64,000 nt of DNA from Candidatus Levybacteria bacterium RIFCSPLOWO2_01_FULL_38_21 (GTDB lineage: Bacteria; Patescibacteriota; Microgenomatia; Levybacterales; UBA12049), in the NCBI GenBank assembly GCA_001782475.1, contig MFOT01000024.1, positions 42,578-106,577 of the forward strand, written 5' to 3'. A model generated the notes under the pieces. The model saw only the letters and a program-made list of their open reading frames with translations, did not search any database and was not told the origin of the DNA. The position numbers and the translations under genes were made by a program. Positions 46,162 to 56,283 of this stretch are shown piece after piece; positions within the stretch are counted from its first letter, which is position 1, and every line of letters starts with the position of its first letter.

Positions 46162-47298
46162 TTATGGTTTTGGAAGAATTGGCTGGCCAGAGATAAAACG
46201 AATAATATCGCTTAGGGTAATAGCTGCGATTAAGGCAAGAAGAATTGCCATTCCAATTGCGTGCGCATAACTTTCAAATTTTGTAGAAACTTTTCTGCCT
46301 GTTACGGCTTCTATTAGAATAAAAAAAAGTCTTCCCCCATCAAGCGCCGGAATCGGCAAGATATTCAAAATCGCAAGATTCAAAGACAGGAGCGATACAA
46401 AAGATAAAACCGCCAAAGGACCTATTGCTACAAACTGTCCGGTTAATTGAGCAATTCCAACAGGTCCTGCAACTCCTTTTGGCGCTTGTGCATGGACAAG
46501 TAACTGATAAACAATTCCTGCAAGACCCGACAAAATAAGCCAAGAGTATTTAAGAGCTTCTAAGAGCCCTACAAACGGTGCTTGATATAGTGAATATTTT
46601 TTAGTAATAACATTGGAAGTTATTCCTACTCCCATTGGTCCTTGATCGGATGGATAATTTTTTCGCGGAATTACCTCTACATTTCTTTCTTTTTTAGATT
46701 TGTCTAAAACTCTGAGAGCTAATTTCTGCCCTAAATGCTGTTTTGTGACTGATACTAATTGAGAAGGGCTTGTAATTTTTTCACTATTGATAGTAACAAT
46801 CTGATCTCCTGTTTTAAGTCCCGCTTTTTGAGCAGGAGAATCCTTTACTATCTCTGTTATAAAAACCTTATCGCCGGGAGTCTGGACGCCTGATATTCCA
46901 TAAAAATAAGTGAGTATAAAAACTGCTAAAAGAAAATTCATTACAACCCCAGCTATTACAACCAATGCTCTTTGCCAAACAGGTCTTGAGAAGAATGCTC
47001 TTTGAGCATCTTCAACTTTCAACTTTCCACTTTCAACTTTCAACTTTCCGCCGCCAGCGCTGTCTTCTCCGTAAAGTTTTACAAATCCTCCGATAGGCAA
47101 AAAGTTTATTGAATATATTGTTTCTCCTCTTTTTATTCCGAACGCTCGGGGCGGAAGACCAAATCCAAATTCCTCAACTCTTATCCCTAACTTTTTCGCC
47201 ACAAAAAAATGCCCCGCCTCATGTATTAGAACGAGAACCGTCAATATTATCAAAAAAACTAAAATTGTTATTAGCATAAAATTTAAGTCAAAAGGCAA
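46162..47298 (-). CDS. rseP: RIP metalloprotease RseP (site-2 protease, M50)
   Basis: LIHEAGHFFVAKK (HExxH), PDZ domain, LDGG motif; contains an in-frame caacttt heptad repeat encoding GGGKLKVESGKLKVED. Confidence 0.8.
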   Translation of the reverse strand: MPFDLNFMLITILVFLIILTVLVLIHEAGHFFVAKKLGIRVEEFGFGLPPRAFGIKRGETIYSINFLPIGGFVKLYGEDSAGGGKLKVESGKLKVEDAQRAFFSRPVWQRALVVIAGVVMNFLLAVFILTYFYGISGVQTPGDKVFITEIVKDSPAQKAGLKTGDQIVTINSEKITSPSQLVSVTKQHLGQKLALRVLDKSKKERNVEVIPRKNYPSDQGPMGVGITSNVITKKYSLYQAPFVGLLEALKYSWLILSGLAGIVYQLLVHAQAPKGVAGPVGIAQLTGQFVAIGPLAVLSFVSLLSLNLAILNILPIPALDGGRLFFILIEAVTGRKVSTKFESYAHAIGMAILLALIAAITLSDIIRFISGQPILPKP

Positions 47299-47409
47299 AA
47301 GTCAAAGGTCAAAAGTTAAAGTAAAAAGTTAAAAGTTTTTGAATTTTGAATTGCTCTTCGGTCTTGAGCTCAGGGTCGAAAGATAATTTTGAATTTTGCA
47401 TTTTGAATT

Positions 47410-47970
47410 TTAAATTTGGAGGAGTTCTTCTTCTTTTTTCTTCCCCATTCCCTCAATATCTTCCATGAGTTCATCTGTCAGTTTTTGAACTTCTTTTTCC
47501 ATTCTTCCCGCCTCATCTTCTGAGATTGACTTATTGTTTTGCTGTTTTTTAATATCGGCCATTGCCTCATGTCTTACTTGGCGAACCATAATCCTCCCGT
47601 TCTCAAGTTTTTGTTTCATTAAATGGATTAGCTCCTGACGCCTCTCCTCAGATAATCTTGGGATAGAAATTCTTATTATCTGTCCATCAATTACGGGATT
47701 TAAGCCAAGATTTGCTTCAAGAATTCCTTTTTGAATTTCTCCGATTATTGAATGGTCAAAAGGAGTAACAGCGAGGGTCTGCGGATCAGATGTTGTAATA
47801 GTTGTAAGCTCCATTACTTTAAGTCTTTGAGTTGCGCCATATGCATTTATAACTATATTTTCTACAAGAGAAGGGGCTGCCCGCCCGGTTCGAACTGTTG
47901 AAAGATCATTTCTTACAACCTCAAGTATCTTGTTCATTTTTGACCGGGCATCCGCAATTAGCTGATCCAT
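47410..47970 (-). CDS. frr: ribosome recycling factor
   Basis: VRTGRAAPSLVENIVINAYG... characteristic RRF sequence. Confidence 0.9.
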   Translation of the reverse strand: MDQLIADARSKMNKILEVVRNDLSTVRTGRAAPSLVENIVINAYGATQRLKVMELTTITTSDPQTLAVTPFDHSIIGEIQKGILEANLGLNPVIDGQIIRISIPRLSEERRQELIHLMKQKLENGRIMVRQVRHEAMADIKKQQNNKSISEDEAGRMEKEVQKLTDELMEDIEGMGKKKEEELLQI

Positions 47971-48009
47971 TTGAGAAAAAGTATACGACAGATCCTGTGA
48001 TTTAGCAAA

Positions 48010-48462
48010 TTAAATTTCGAATCTCTCAAACCTTTTGAGAACAATATTTTCCCCAAGCCTTGAGATTGCTTGTTTTATAAAATCTTGAATCGTTAAGGAT
48101 GGGTCTCTTATGTATTCTTGCTTAAGGAGTGAGTTAACATCCCTAGGTTTCATTGCGGCAATCTGCATTGCAATTTCGTGCGCTAAGTTTTTAAATTCAC
48201 TTGTTCTTGCAACAAAATCAGTCTCGCACAAAAGCTCAACTATTGCTCCAACTTTTCCGTTTTGATGGATGTAGCTTTCGATAATTCCCTGAGCAGTTTT
48301 TCTATCTCTTTTCTTCTCTGCCTTTTTAATACCATGTTTTTTAATCCACGCAAGAGCTTTTTTATAATCGTTATTCGTCTCTTCCAAAGCTTTTCTTAAA
48401 TCCACAATTGATACAGATGTTTCATTTCTTAACTGCTTTAATAACTTAATGTCTGTCTTCAT
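48010..48462 (-). CDS. tsf: elongation factor Ts (short form)
   Basis: LVKQLRNETSVSIVDLRKALEETNNDYKKALAWIKKHG UBA-like N-terminus; rpsB-tsf synteny. Confidence 0.8.
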   Translation of the reverse strand: MKTDIKLLKQLRNETSVSIVDLRKALEETNNDYKKALAWIKKHGIKKAEKKRDRKTAQGIIESYIHQNGKVGAIVELLCETDFVARTSEFKNLAHEIAMQIAAMKPRDVNSLLKQEYIRDPSLTIQDFIKQAISRLGENIVLKRFERFEI

Positions 48463-48465
48463 ATT

Positions 48466-49350
48466 TTACTTTTTACTTCTCGCCCTGAGCGAAGCCGAAG
48501 GGTTGACTTTTGTTTTTGGCCTTCGGTCTTTAACTTTTGACACCGCTGAACTTTTACTCTTTATCTCTTTCTTTTCTTCTTTATTTTTTAATTTCTCGCC
48601 CTGAGCTTGTCGAATGGGTTCTTTTTCATTTTTTATTTTATTCCGCCCCTCAATCCATGCATCTATTATATAACTTGTTATAAGTTTTATCGATCCTGTC
48701 GCATCATCGTTTGCCGGAATTGGATAATCAATAATTTCGGGGTTTGCGTTTGTATCAACGATTGCGACTGTTGTAACGCCCATTTTTCTTGCCTCATCAA
48801 TTACCAAGTCTTCAAGATGAGAGTCTATTACAAATACTGCATCCGGAATTTTTTTAAGATCTGCGATTCCTCCGTATAATAATGCGAGTTTTTGCCTTTC
48901 CTTTTCCCAGAGCCCTATCTCTTTCTTAGTATATTTTGATCTTTCTTCCTCACTTCTAAGTTTTTCGGCAAGATCTTTCAATTTTTTAAAGTTCTTTGCA
49001 ACCTCGGAAAAATTAGTAAGCGTTCCGCCTACCCATCTTTCTGTTACATAAAAAATTTGATTTTCTATTTTACCTGAAGATTGCTGTTTTGCCTTTTTAA
49101 CTTCTTCCTCCACAACCGACCGGGCTTGTCTTTTTGTTCCAACAACAATTAAGCTTCCGTTTTTTTGCGAAAGATTGAAAATAAATTTTCCAGCTTCTTC
49201 AAGACCTGCTTTGGTTTTGGTAAGATCAACTATATGAATATTATCGCGGGCTTCAAAGATGTAGTCTCGGGCTTTTGGATTTCCGCGCGTTACCTGATGT
49301 CCAAAATGGCATCCTGCCTCAAGAAGTTCTTCAAGCGTAATTTCCCTCAT
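48466..49350 (-). CDS. rpsB: 30S ribosomal protein S2
   Basis: MREITLEELLEAGCHFGHQVTRGNPKARDYIF. The ORF-track start at 49488 adds a 46-aa hydrophobic extension that is probably not translated. The C-terminal tail carries two GC-rich repeat insertions. Confidence 0.85.
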   Translation of the reverse strand: MREITLEELLEAGCHFGHQVTRGNPKARDYIFEARDNIHIVDLTKTKAGLEEAGKFIFNLSQKNGSLIVVGTKRQARSVVEEEVKKAKQQSSGKIENQIFYVTERWVGGTLTNFSEVAKNFKKLKDLAEKLRSEEERSKYTKKEIGLWEKERQKLALLYGGIADLKKIPDAVFVIDSHLEDLVIDEARKMGVTTVAIVDTNANPEIIDYPIPANDDATGSIKLITSYIIDAWIEGRNKIKNEKEPIRQAQGEKLKNKEEKKEIKSKSSAVSKVKDRRPKTKVNPSASLRARSKK

Positions 49351-49524
49351 AATCCTTAACCTCCGTCCTAAAAGTTTTAAATCAGGATTATTCTGAATAG
49401 GACGTGTATAATAGTAGCAATAATACAAAAAATTAGCAGAAAAAACAACAAGTAAAATTATACAAATATTGACAACCAAAAAAAACATAACTACGATAGA
49501 TATTGCTGGTTAACGAAGTCTAAA

Positions 49525-50394
49525 TTGAATATGAAACTATCAAGAGGCGGAATTGGAATAATGGCTATGATTATGATAATACTCCTTGCCAGTATTTTTA
49601 TAGTCGGCGGAATATTCCCAAAACCCTCAACAACAGATCCAAATGCAGAAAAATTTACTGTCATAACAGGAATACCGCTTGACAGCCACAATACTCTTCA
49701 GCTTAAAACTATAAAATTTAATTCTTGCGCTTCAACCGCCGCCGTTGATTTTTTGGTGGACAGATCTGGCTCCATGCGGTTTGGATCCAAACTTGATAAC
49801 GTAAAGGGGGCGCTTAAAGTTTTTGCCGATAACTTTCCGAATGAAGGTATAATAGCAATGCAAACTTTTAGTGATTTTCCAAGCGCGGATGTGCCCTTTG
49901 ATTATTTTAGAAATGTTAAATCTCAATTTATAAATGCAGTTTATTCAATTTACGCCGATGGAGGCACATCTACAAAAGACGCTTTTACTTTTACAAAATC
50001 TAAATTAGATAACGCAATGCCCAAATTCCCAAATCAAAAATTCTCTCTAATTTTTATATCAGATGGAGTCCCGGAAACTTTGGCAACCAACATAGCGCTT
50101 TGTCCTGGTGGAAACCCAGATCCAACTTATTGCACATACAGCCCGACTACTCCTGGCGCATGCAGATGTTTTGATACAAACCAAGATCCGACTCAGGTCG
50201 CAGATGAGATTAAAAAATCCGGAGTTCGTATTTTTACCATCGGCTTTATACATGATGAGGATTTAAAATTCCAAAACGATTTAACAGAGCTTATGAAACG
50301 CGTTGCGTCTTCTCCAAATGACTTTTACCAGGCACCTATCAATAATCAGCTCACAGACATCCTCCAGCAAATATCGGTAAAAATCTGCAATTGA
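49525..50394 (+). CDS. membrane-anchored von Willebrand factor A (vWA) domain protein
   Basis: N-terminal TM helix; DFLVDRSGSMRF MIDAS motif (DxSxS). Confidence 0.6.
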   Translation: MNMKLSRGGIGIMAMIMIILLASIFIVGGIFPKPSTTDPNAEKFTVITGIPLDSHNTLQLKTIKFNSCASTAAVDFLVDRSGSMRFGSKLDNVKGALKVFADNFPNEGIIAMQTFSDFPSADVPFDYFRNVKSQFINAVYSIYADGGTSTKDAFTFTKSKLDNAMPKFPNQKFSLIFISDGVPETLATNIALCPGGNPDPTYCTYSPTTPGACRCFDTNQDPTQVADEIKKSGVRIFTIGFIHDEDLKFQNDLTELMKRVASSPNDFYQAPINNQLTDILQQISVKICN

Positions 50395-50402
50395 TACTAG
50401 CT

Positions 50403-50768
50403 TTATCCCGCTGACGTTCTTGTGAAGTCAACAATTGTTATTTCATATCCGTCAATTCCGTCAACCCCGATTGATCTTTCATATTCGCCGACATGTTTTA
50501 AGAAATAAGAAGTTTCCTCCAGAGTAGGATTTCCATTAATCAAATGGCTAAGGCATCTGTCAAATTGTTGCCTAGACAATGTTCCATCATTAAACTGTCT
50601 TGCTTGTTCCTTTCTTCTTTCTGCTTTTACCCCCTTACTGTTAGGTCTCCCTAACACCTTATTTGCTGTATCCAAACCTCCTCTGATTCTTCTTTGGTTT
50701 AACGAATGTCCAGCCAAGGGACTTCCGCTTACTCTTATTTCCCATCTTACTTCTTTTGCTCTTGACAT
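50403..50768 (-). CDS. hypothetical protein
   Basis: 121-aa ORF, no motif. Confidence 0.3.
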   Translation of the reverse strand: MSRAKEVRWEIRVSGSPLAGHSLNQRRIRGGLDTANKVLGRPNSKGVKAERRKEQARQFNDGTLSRQQFDRCLSHLINGNPTLEETSYFLKHVGEYERSIGVDGIDGYEITIVDFTRTSAG

Positions 50769-50849
50769 ATGATTTTTTTAATTTGCGTAGCGCAATCTGA
50801 TTTTACCATAACTTGCTAGAATTATTAGAAGGGTTAACATATTGAACGT

Positions 50850-52217
50850 TTATGGAACTGGAAAATTACTACAAAACTCCTTTACTTGCCTATTAATTTC
50901 CAAAAGTTTTTTGTTCCTTACAATCTTTCTTTTAAACTCCTTCCAAAACTCGCTTCTTTTTTCTCTTGTGGTGAGCTTGCCGAATCCATTTTGTAATCGA
51001 CCCCCCTTTATTTCTTCAATTACCTGATTGATCCATTCAGCAATTTTTACCATCTCTTTTTCCTTCATGCCTCTTGTTGTCAGAACTGGAGTTCCTAAAC
51101 GAATTCCCGATGGGTAAAACGGCGGCATTGGATCATTTGGTACGGCATTTTTGTTAACAACTATTCCCGCAACCTCCAGAGCAAAAGCTGCCAAAGCGCC
51201 GTTTACCTTCCTATTCGAAAGATCAATCAACAAAAGATGATTATCCGTTCCTCCGCTTACAAGATTAAATTTAAATTTCCTGAGCTCTTCAGCGAGGACT
51301 TTTGCATTTTTGACCACCTGCTGACTATATTTTTTAAATGACGGGAAACCTGCTTCTAAAAGACTAACTGCAATTGCCGCGGTTTGATTATCATGCGGCC
51401 CTCCCTGTAATCCCGGAAAGACTGCTTTATCAATTTTTTCTCCCAACTGTGAATCTTTTTTTAGCCCCTCACCAGTCACCATGATGATAGCTCCCCTTGG
51501 ACCCCTAAGAGTCTTATGTGTCGTCGTCATAACAATATGGGCATAAGGAACTGGTGAAGGGTGAGCGCCAGCGACTATTAATCCTGCAATATGGGAAATA
51601 TCGGCTAAAAGATATGCTCCTACTCTGTCTGAAATCTTTCCAAATCTTTTAAAATCTATAATTCTAGGATATGCGGTTGCTCCACAGACAATTATTTTTG
51701 GTTTTTCTTTTAAGGCAAGTTTTTCAACTTCATCATAATCGATTAATCCGTTTTTATCCAAATGATATGGCACCACTTTATAGTATTTTCCCGAAATTGA
51801 AACAGGCGATCCGTGGGTTAAATGACCTCCAAAGGCAAGCGAGAGTCCCATTATTTTATCTTTAAAAGGTTTAAGAAGCGCAAGATAAACTGCAGTATTT
51901 GCAGGAGATCCGGAATAAGGCTGGACATTAACATAAGAAACTCCAAACAATTTTTTCGCCCGCTCCTCTGCCAAGATTTCTACACTATCTATAATGGTAT
52001 TCCCCTGATAATATCTTTTCTTAGGATACCCTTCCGAATATTTATTTGTTAGAACACTTCCCAATGCCTCCATTACAGCCTTTGAAGTATAATTTTCAGA
52101 GGGAATCATCTCCAAAACCTCTTCCTGCCTTTTTTCTTCCTCTTTTATTAAATTGTAAATCTCAGGATCTGTCTGTTTTAATTTTCTCATAATATTATTT
52201 CCGAGCGTTTTGAACAT
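50850..52217 (-). CDS. glyA: serine hydroxymethyltransferase
   Basis: LTNKYSEGYPKKRYYQGN and the TTHKTLRGPRG PLP-lysine region. Confidence 0.9.
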   Translation of the reverse strand: MFKTLGNNIMRKLKQTDPEIYNLIKEEEKRQEEVLEMIPSENYTSKAVMEALGSVLTNKYSEGYPKKRYYQGNTIIDSVEILAEERAKKLFGVSYVNVQPYSGSPANTAVYLALLKPFKDKIMGLSLAFGGHLTHGSPVSISGKYYKVVPYHLDKNGLIDYDEVEKLALKEKPKIIVCGATAYPRIIDFKRFGKISDRVGAYLLADISHIAGLIVAGAHPSPVPYAHIVMTTTHKTLRGPRGAIIMVTGEGLKKDSQLGEKIDKAVFPGLQGGPHDNQTAAIAVSLLEAGFPSFKKYSQQVVKNAKVLAEELRKFKFNLVSGGTDNHLLLIDLSNRKVNGALAAFALEVAGIVVNKNAVPNDPMPPFYPSGIRLGTPVLTTRGMKEKEMVKIAEWINQVIEEIKGGRLQNGFGKLTTREKRSEFWKEFKRKIVRNKKLLEINRQVKEFCSNFPVP

Positions 52218-52721
52218 TTACCTCTCTAAATTAATGAATCTGAATTTAATTCCGTTTGATTCTCCGGTTTCTTCGCTTACTACTTTTTTAAACTGCGAAT
52301 AATCCGGGAAAAATGTATCGCAACTAAAGTCCCCCTCAACTTTTGTTAAGTATATTCTATTTACAATACCTTTTTCCAGTACTTCGCGAAAAACATGTGC
52401 TCCCCCAATTATAAAAATCTCGCGATTTTCAGACTTTTTTGCTTTATTAATAGCATCTTCCAACGAATTCGAAATTACTATTCCCTCTTTTTTAAAATCT
52501 GGATTTTGTGTCACAACTATATTTACTCTGTTCGGAAGTGGCTTTCCAATATACTCCAGAATTGATTCAAAAGTTTTTCTCCCCATTATAACAGGGTGTC
52601 CGGTCGTAAGTTTTTTAAATCTCTTAAGATCCTCAGAAATATGCCATGGAATTGTATTATCTTTACCGATTCCGCCTCTGCTGTCTATTGCTACGATTAA
52701 ACTAATTCTTGGTTTGCTCAT
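52218..52721 (-). CDS. folA: dihydrofolate reductase
   Basis: ISLIVAIDSRGGIGKDNTIPWH ... GRKTFESI. Confidence 0.85.
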   Translation of the reverse strand: MSKPRISLIVAIDSRGGIGKDNTIPWHISEDLKRFKKLTTGHPVIMGRKTFESILEYIGKPLPNRVNIVVTQNPDFKKEGIVISNSLEDAINKAKKSENREIFIIGGAHVFREVLEKGIVNRIYLTKVEGDFSCDTFFPDYSQFKKVVSEETGESNGIKFRFINLER

Positions 52722-53274
52722 TGCATTTTTTTCTCAAAACAAGTATATTATACCAATTGCGAGGTGGCAAGCATTCATAAACAAAACAGAAATTTCTATC
52801 CCATATAGAATAGATCGAAACCCTGACACGACTGACGTTGAGAGGGTTTTCATAAATCCAGAGGCAGGCACCAATTGCGAACTTTTAGTTCATTCAATCG
52901 TTTCTGCAAGGGGTTTTGAACTCCCCCGACTTAGATCTTCTGATCTATACGAAGATACTAATTATACTAGTCTCGTTGAAGACATATCACAAGCTCAAAC
53001 TGGAGATATAATAGGTCTTAGCCCAATAAATAAAAATGGTTTTAGAGGAATTCACGTCGCAATGATATGGATTGACGATAGCAAAAAAATACACATAGTT
53101 CATAATGCAAGACACACAGGAGGAGTACGATTGCAGACACTCGAGGATGCAATGCAACATCCTGAGCATGCAAGAATTGCATGGATTAAAAGACCAATTA
53201 GAGAAAATCCTACTCTCTTACAATCAGAGAAACTCAGAGAGCTTGATTTTGGCTATTTAGCAAGAGATCTTTGA
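52714..53274 (+). CDS. hypothetical protein
   Basis: 186-aa ORF; no confident motif. Confidence 0.3.
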   Translation: MLIAFFSQNKYIIPIARWQAFINKTEISIPYRIDRNPDTTDVERVFINPEAGTNCELLVHSIVSARGFELPRLRSSDLYEDTNYTSLVEDISQAQTGDIIGLSPINKNGFRGIHVAMIWIDDSKKIHIVHNARHTGGVRLQTLEDAMQHPEHARIAWIKRPIRENPTLLQSEKLRELDFGYLARDL

Positions 53275-53441
53275 GCAACCCTAACAGCGTCTTCCTCCCG
53301 GAAGTCCGTATATTCCTGTCAGATACCCTGCTTTCTCGGTGTGTTTTACTAAAAGAACCTCATCGTCTTTAATAATTAAAACAGCGACAGTCGGGATTAT
53401 TTCTATCATTTATTAAAAATATTAACCGTTGGATTGTAGTG

Positions 53442-53455
53442 ATGTATCAATACAT
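53442..53455. promoter_or_regulatory. candidate operator palindrome ATGTATCAATACAT (downstream of the TrpR-like gene)
   Basis: Part of a 20-nt exact match GTGATGTATCAATACATCAA shared with 61058-61077. Confidence 0.4.
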
Positions 53456-53464
53456 CAATATGAG

Positions 53465-53851
53465 TTAGCTAAACCATCTTTTTACGAATTTTGAACCACC
53501 GTACGGTCCCTTTTTTAGAAAGTCTTTCTTTTCTCTATCCATTTGTTTTTCTATTCTTTCTAAAGCTAGAATAATTCCGCCCTCTCCCTCTTCAATTATT
53601 CTTTTCATCCTCGAAACGGTTTGAGTACTTGTTTTTGCTTTCAATGCAACAGTTCTTAAGTCCAGACCTTTTATCAAAAGGCTTGCTATGTGCCATCTTC
53701 TTTTTAGCATTCGAAGCTCAGATTTTGTCAGGATATCTTTTAAAAATTTTTTAATTTCCTCCGTATCTTTTAAAGAATTTATAATCTCATAGAGAAAATG
53801 AATCTCTCTAAAATAATCTTCATTTTGAATTTCCTCCCTTGGTTTTGACAT
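53465..53851 (-). CDS. TrpR-like (YerC/YecD family) DNA-binding protein
   Basis: LTKSELRMLKRRWHIASLLIKGLDLRTVALKAKTSTQTVSRMKR fits the Trp-repressor-family HTH. Confidence 0.55.
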   Translation of the reverse strand: MSKPREEIQNEDYFREIHFLYEIINSLKDTEEIKKFLKDILTKSELRMLKRRWHIASLLIKGLDLRTVALKAKTSTQTVSRMKRIIEEGEGGIILALERIEKQMDREKKDFLKKGPYGGSKFVKRWFS

Positions 53852-53895
53852 AAAATAATTATACCAATAACTTATAGCCTATCAATTTTGTTTCC

Positions 53896-53909
53896 ATGTA
53901 TCAATACAT
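53896..53909. promoter_or_regulatory. candidate operator palindrome ATGTAT-CA-ATACAT (upstream of the TrpR-like gene)
   Basis: Inverted repeat with 2-nt spacer; identical copies at 53442-53455 and 61064-61077. Confidence 0.45.
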
Positions 53910-53985
53910 CATTATAGTATCACAACAAAACAAACGATAATAGTTCTAAAAAATACAAGGAGTATTCGAACTAAATCGCAAAATT

Positions 53986-54954
53986 TCAGAAGCCTCCGAC
54001 AACTGTGACTTCTCCTTTGATTGGAGGGTGGGAATCATATCCTTCCAAAGTGAAATCTTCAAATTTTATATCGTCTATGTCTTTTAATTTTGGATTGATT
54101 TTCATTTTGGGAAACGGCCGTGGTTTTCTTTTAATTTGCTCTTTGACCTGATCAAAATGATTGCTGTAGATATGCGCATCTCCAAAGGTGTGAACGAAAT
54201 CCCCGGGAGGATAACCCGTCAGATGGGCAAAAATCATCGTAAAAAGCGCATAGCTTGCTATATTAAACGGAACGCCCAAAAAAAGATCAGCGCTTCTTTG
54301 ATATAGCTGGCAGGAAAGCCGGCCATTTATTACATTAAACTGGAAAAGCGTATGGCAGGGCGGAAGAGCAACCGATTGTCCCGGCTTTGCCATTTCATAT
54401 ACAAACTCCGGATTCCAGGCAGAAATTACAATATGCCGCCTCTCCGGTGTTTTTTTTATCTTTTGAATCGCCCATTTTACCTGATCGATTTTCCGCCCAT
54501 CTGATGCCGGCCATCTTCTCCACTGGACTCCATAAACAGGCCCCAATTCTCCATATTTTTTAACAAACGGATGATCGGATGATGAGCTTTTTATTTTTAC
54601 AACATACTCTTCCTGCGTCAATATTTTTGAGTTTTGAGTTTTGAGTTTTGAGTTTTGGGCTACTTTGTAGCCCTTGTATCCCCATTCATCCCAAATATGA
54701 ACATCGTTATCAACTAGATATTTTATATTTGAATCGCCTCTTAAAAACCAGATCAACTCATGCAAAATTCCCCTAAGAAAAACTTTTTTCGTAGTCAAAA
54801 GAGGAAAACCGGTTGATAAATCAAAGCGAATTTGCCTTCCAAAAACACTCCTAAACGTTATTCCGGAATTAAACTCATGCTTCTCAAACCCATTTTCCAT
54901 GACATCTGTAAGTAAATCTAGATATTGATATTCCGGATGAAGATTTTTTTTCAT
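53986..54954 (-). CDS. thyA: thymidylate synthase
   Basis: [25 protein letters not shown] (catalytic Cys); in-frame ttttgag heptad-repeat insertion ([11 protein letters not shown]). Confidence 0.9.
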   Translation of the reverse strand: MKKNLHPEYQYLDLLTDVMENGFEKHEFNSGITFRSVFGRQIRFDLSTGFPLLTTKKVFLRGILHELIWFLRGDSNIKYLVDNDVHIWDEWGYKGYKVAQNSKLKTQNSKILTQEEYVVKIKSSSSDHPFVKKYGELGPVYGVQWRRWPASDGRKIDQVKWAIQKIKKTPERRHIVISAWNPEFVYEMAKPGQSVALPPCHTLFQFNVINGRLSCQLYQRSADLFLGVPFNIASYALFTMIFAHLTGYPPGDFVHTFGDAHIYSNHFDQVKEQIKRKPRPFPKMKINPKLKDIDDIKFEDFTLEGYDSHPPIKGEVTVVGGF

Positions 54955-55490
54955 ACTTGTTTCTCTCTTTTTAGCACGCTAACGCGTCCTCCCTGCCACT
55001 GACCACGATATAAACTTCCTCCACCCAAAACCTGCTCAAATTGGGCGTGAACAAACCGTGCTCCCATCTCAATTGCAACCGGAATAGGCCCTTCATTTTT
55101 AAGCCCGAACGTTAATTTTCCTTTATATCCGGGTGCGACATTTCCCGTCCTTAGGAAAAGACCCGATCGAAAAGTCGTTGTCCTTGGCTTAAAATTAATT
55201 GTGATATCAAACGGCGTATTCACGCTTTCTATTGTCGTGACAAGATAAAAATCCCCAGGCTTGATTAAAATACTCCTGTTCTCTCCCTCTACATATTTTT
55301 CAACAAGCTTGATATCTGCGGTTTTACGGTGGGTTTCTCCAAGGAAAGCATCGCCCGAAATTTTATAGACTTCTCCAAGTCTCAAATCAAATCCGGCACC
55401 TTCAGGATTCTCAAGCTCTCTTTTGGATAAACCCTCGACGAGTTTTTTCGTCTTTACTAATTGCAATAATTTTCTCGGCCCAAGTACCAT
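54951..55490 (-). CDS. dCTP deaminase/dUTPase-fold protein (divergent Dcd paralog)
   Basis: [42 protein letters not shown] matches the dUTPase-superfamily beta-barrel motifs. Confidence 0.6.
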   Translation of the reverse strand: MVLGPRKLLQLVKTKKLVEGLSKRELENPEGAGFDLRLGEVYKISGDAFLGETHRKTADIKLVEKYVEGENRSILIKPGDFYLVTTIESVNTPFDITINFKPRTTTFRSGLFLRTGNVAPGYKGKLTFGLKNEGPIPVAIEMGARFVHAQFEQVLGGGSLYRGQWQGGRVSVLKREKQV

Positions 55491-55496
55491 AAATGC

Positions 55497-55622
55497 TAAA
55501 TTCTAATATCTAAATCCTAAATAAATTCCAATTTTCAAGATAGCAAATTCGAAACAGTTTTGTATTTATAAATTGTGATTTTGATATTATTTAGGATTTC
55601 GGATTTAGTGTTTCGAATTTAC
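55497..55622. mobile_element. empty MITE-like element (paired inverted repeats, no cargo)
   Basis: Arms ctaaattctaatatctaaatcctaaata (left) and tttaggatttcggatttagtgtttcgaattt (right) match the arms flanking the four-helix-bundle gene at 10917-11385. The right arm supplies the last 9 codons and the stop of tmk. Confidence 0.5.
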
Positions 55623-56283
55623 CGATAATATCGGCTGTTACTTTCTCCTGCGACCTTTCTCCATCTATCGCAGTTATTTCTTTAGAAAATTTCTTTGCGA
55701 TCCAGTCATATCCTGCTTTTATATTTTTAAGTTTTTCCGCTGTTTCGTAATATTCCTGTTTCTTTCTCATTTTAGAAAGTCTTGATATTGCAGTAGTCTC
55801 TGAGACATTAATATAAAAAGTTACATCCGGAACTATAAACTGGTGGTACATAGAAATAATGCTTTCCGAAACTAGAAGAATTTCTTCATTTTTTAATTTA
55901 TGCAGGTCTTCTTTTTTGTCTGAAATCCCATATGCAACTGACGACCAAAAACATCTATCCGAAATTACGATTCTACCTTTTTGAAGTGGTGGCTCAACAA
56001 CAGTTTTCATATGAATCGCTCGGTCTGCAGCAAAAAGGTATTGAACAGAGACCGGTGGCAGATCTATCTTTTCTTGTATAAAATCGTGAATTAGAGTCCC
56101 TATTGGAGGGATGTTTGTAGGTTCTTTTGTATAAACTACCTTCTTTTTTTTATCTTCGAAGTATTTTTTTAAAATAGAAGCTTGAGTTGTTTTACCAACC
56201 CCATCTATTCCTTCAAAAGCAACATAAACCCCTTTATATGGATTTTTTCTAAGCTCGATATCAAAAGAAACATGATGCTTCAT
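55591..56283 (-). CDS. tmk: thymidylate kinase
   Basis: VAFEGIDGVGKTTQ P-loop, DR(C/Y) motif. Confidence 0.85.
   Translation of the reverse strand: MKHHVSFDIELRKNPYKGVYVAFEGIDGVGKTTQASILKKYFEDKKKKVVYTKEPTNIPPIGTLIHDFIQEKIDLPPVSVQYLFAADRAIHMKTVVEPPLQKGRIVISDRCFWSSVAYGISDKKEDLHKLKNEEILLVSESIISMYHQFIVPDVTFYINVSETTAISRLSKMRKKQEYYETAEKLKNIKAGYDWIAKKFSKEITAIDGERSQEKVTADIIGKFETLNPKS

Noticed and set aside
49351-49488. 46-codon hydrophobic N-terminal extension of rpsB in the ORF track (MFFLVVNICIILLVVF...)
   Set aside because: Ribosomal protein S2 has no signal peptide. A Met (MREITLEEL) aligns with the universal S2 N-terminus, so the upstream part is probably untranslated leader that happens to be open.
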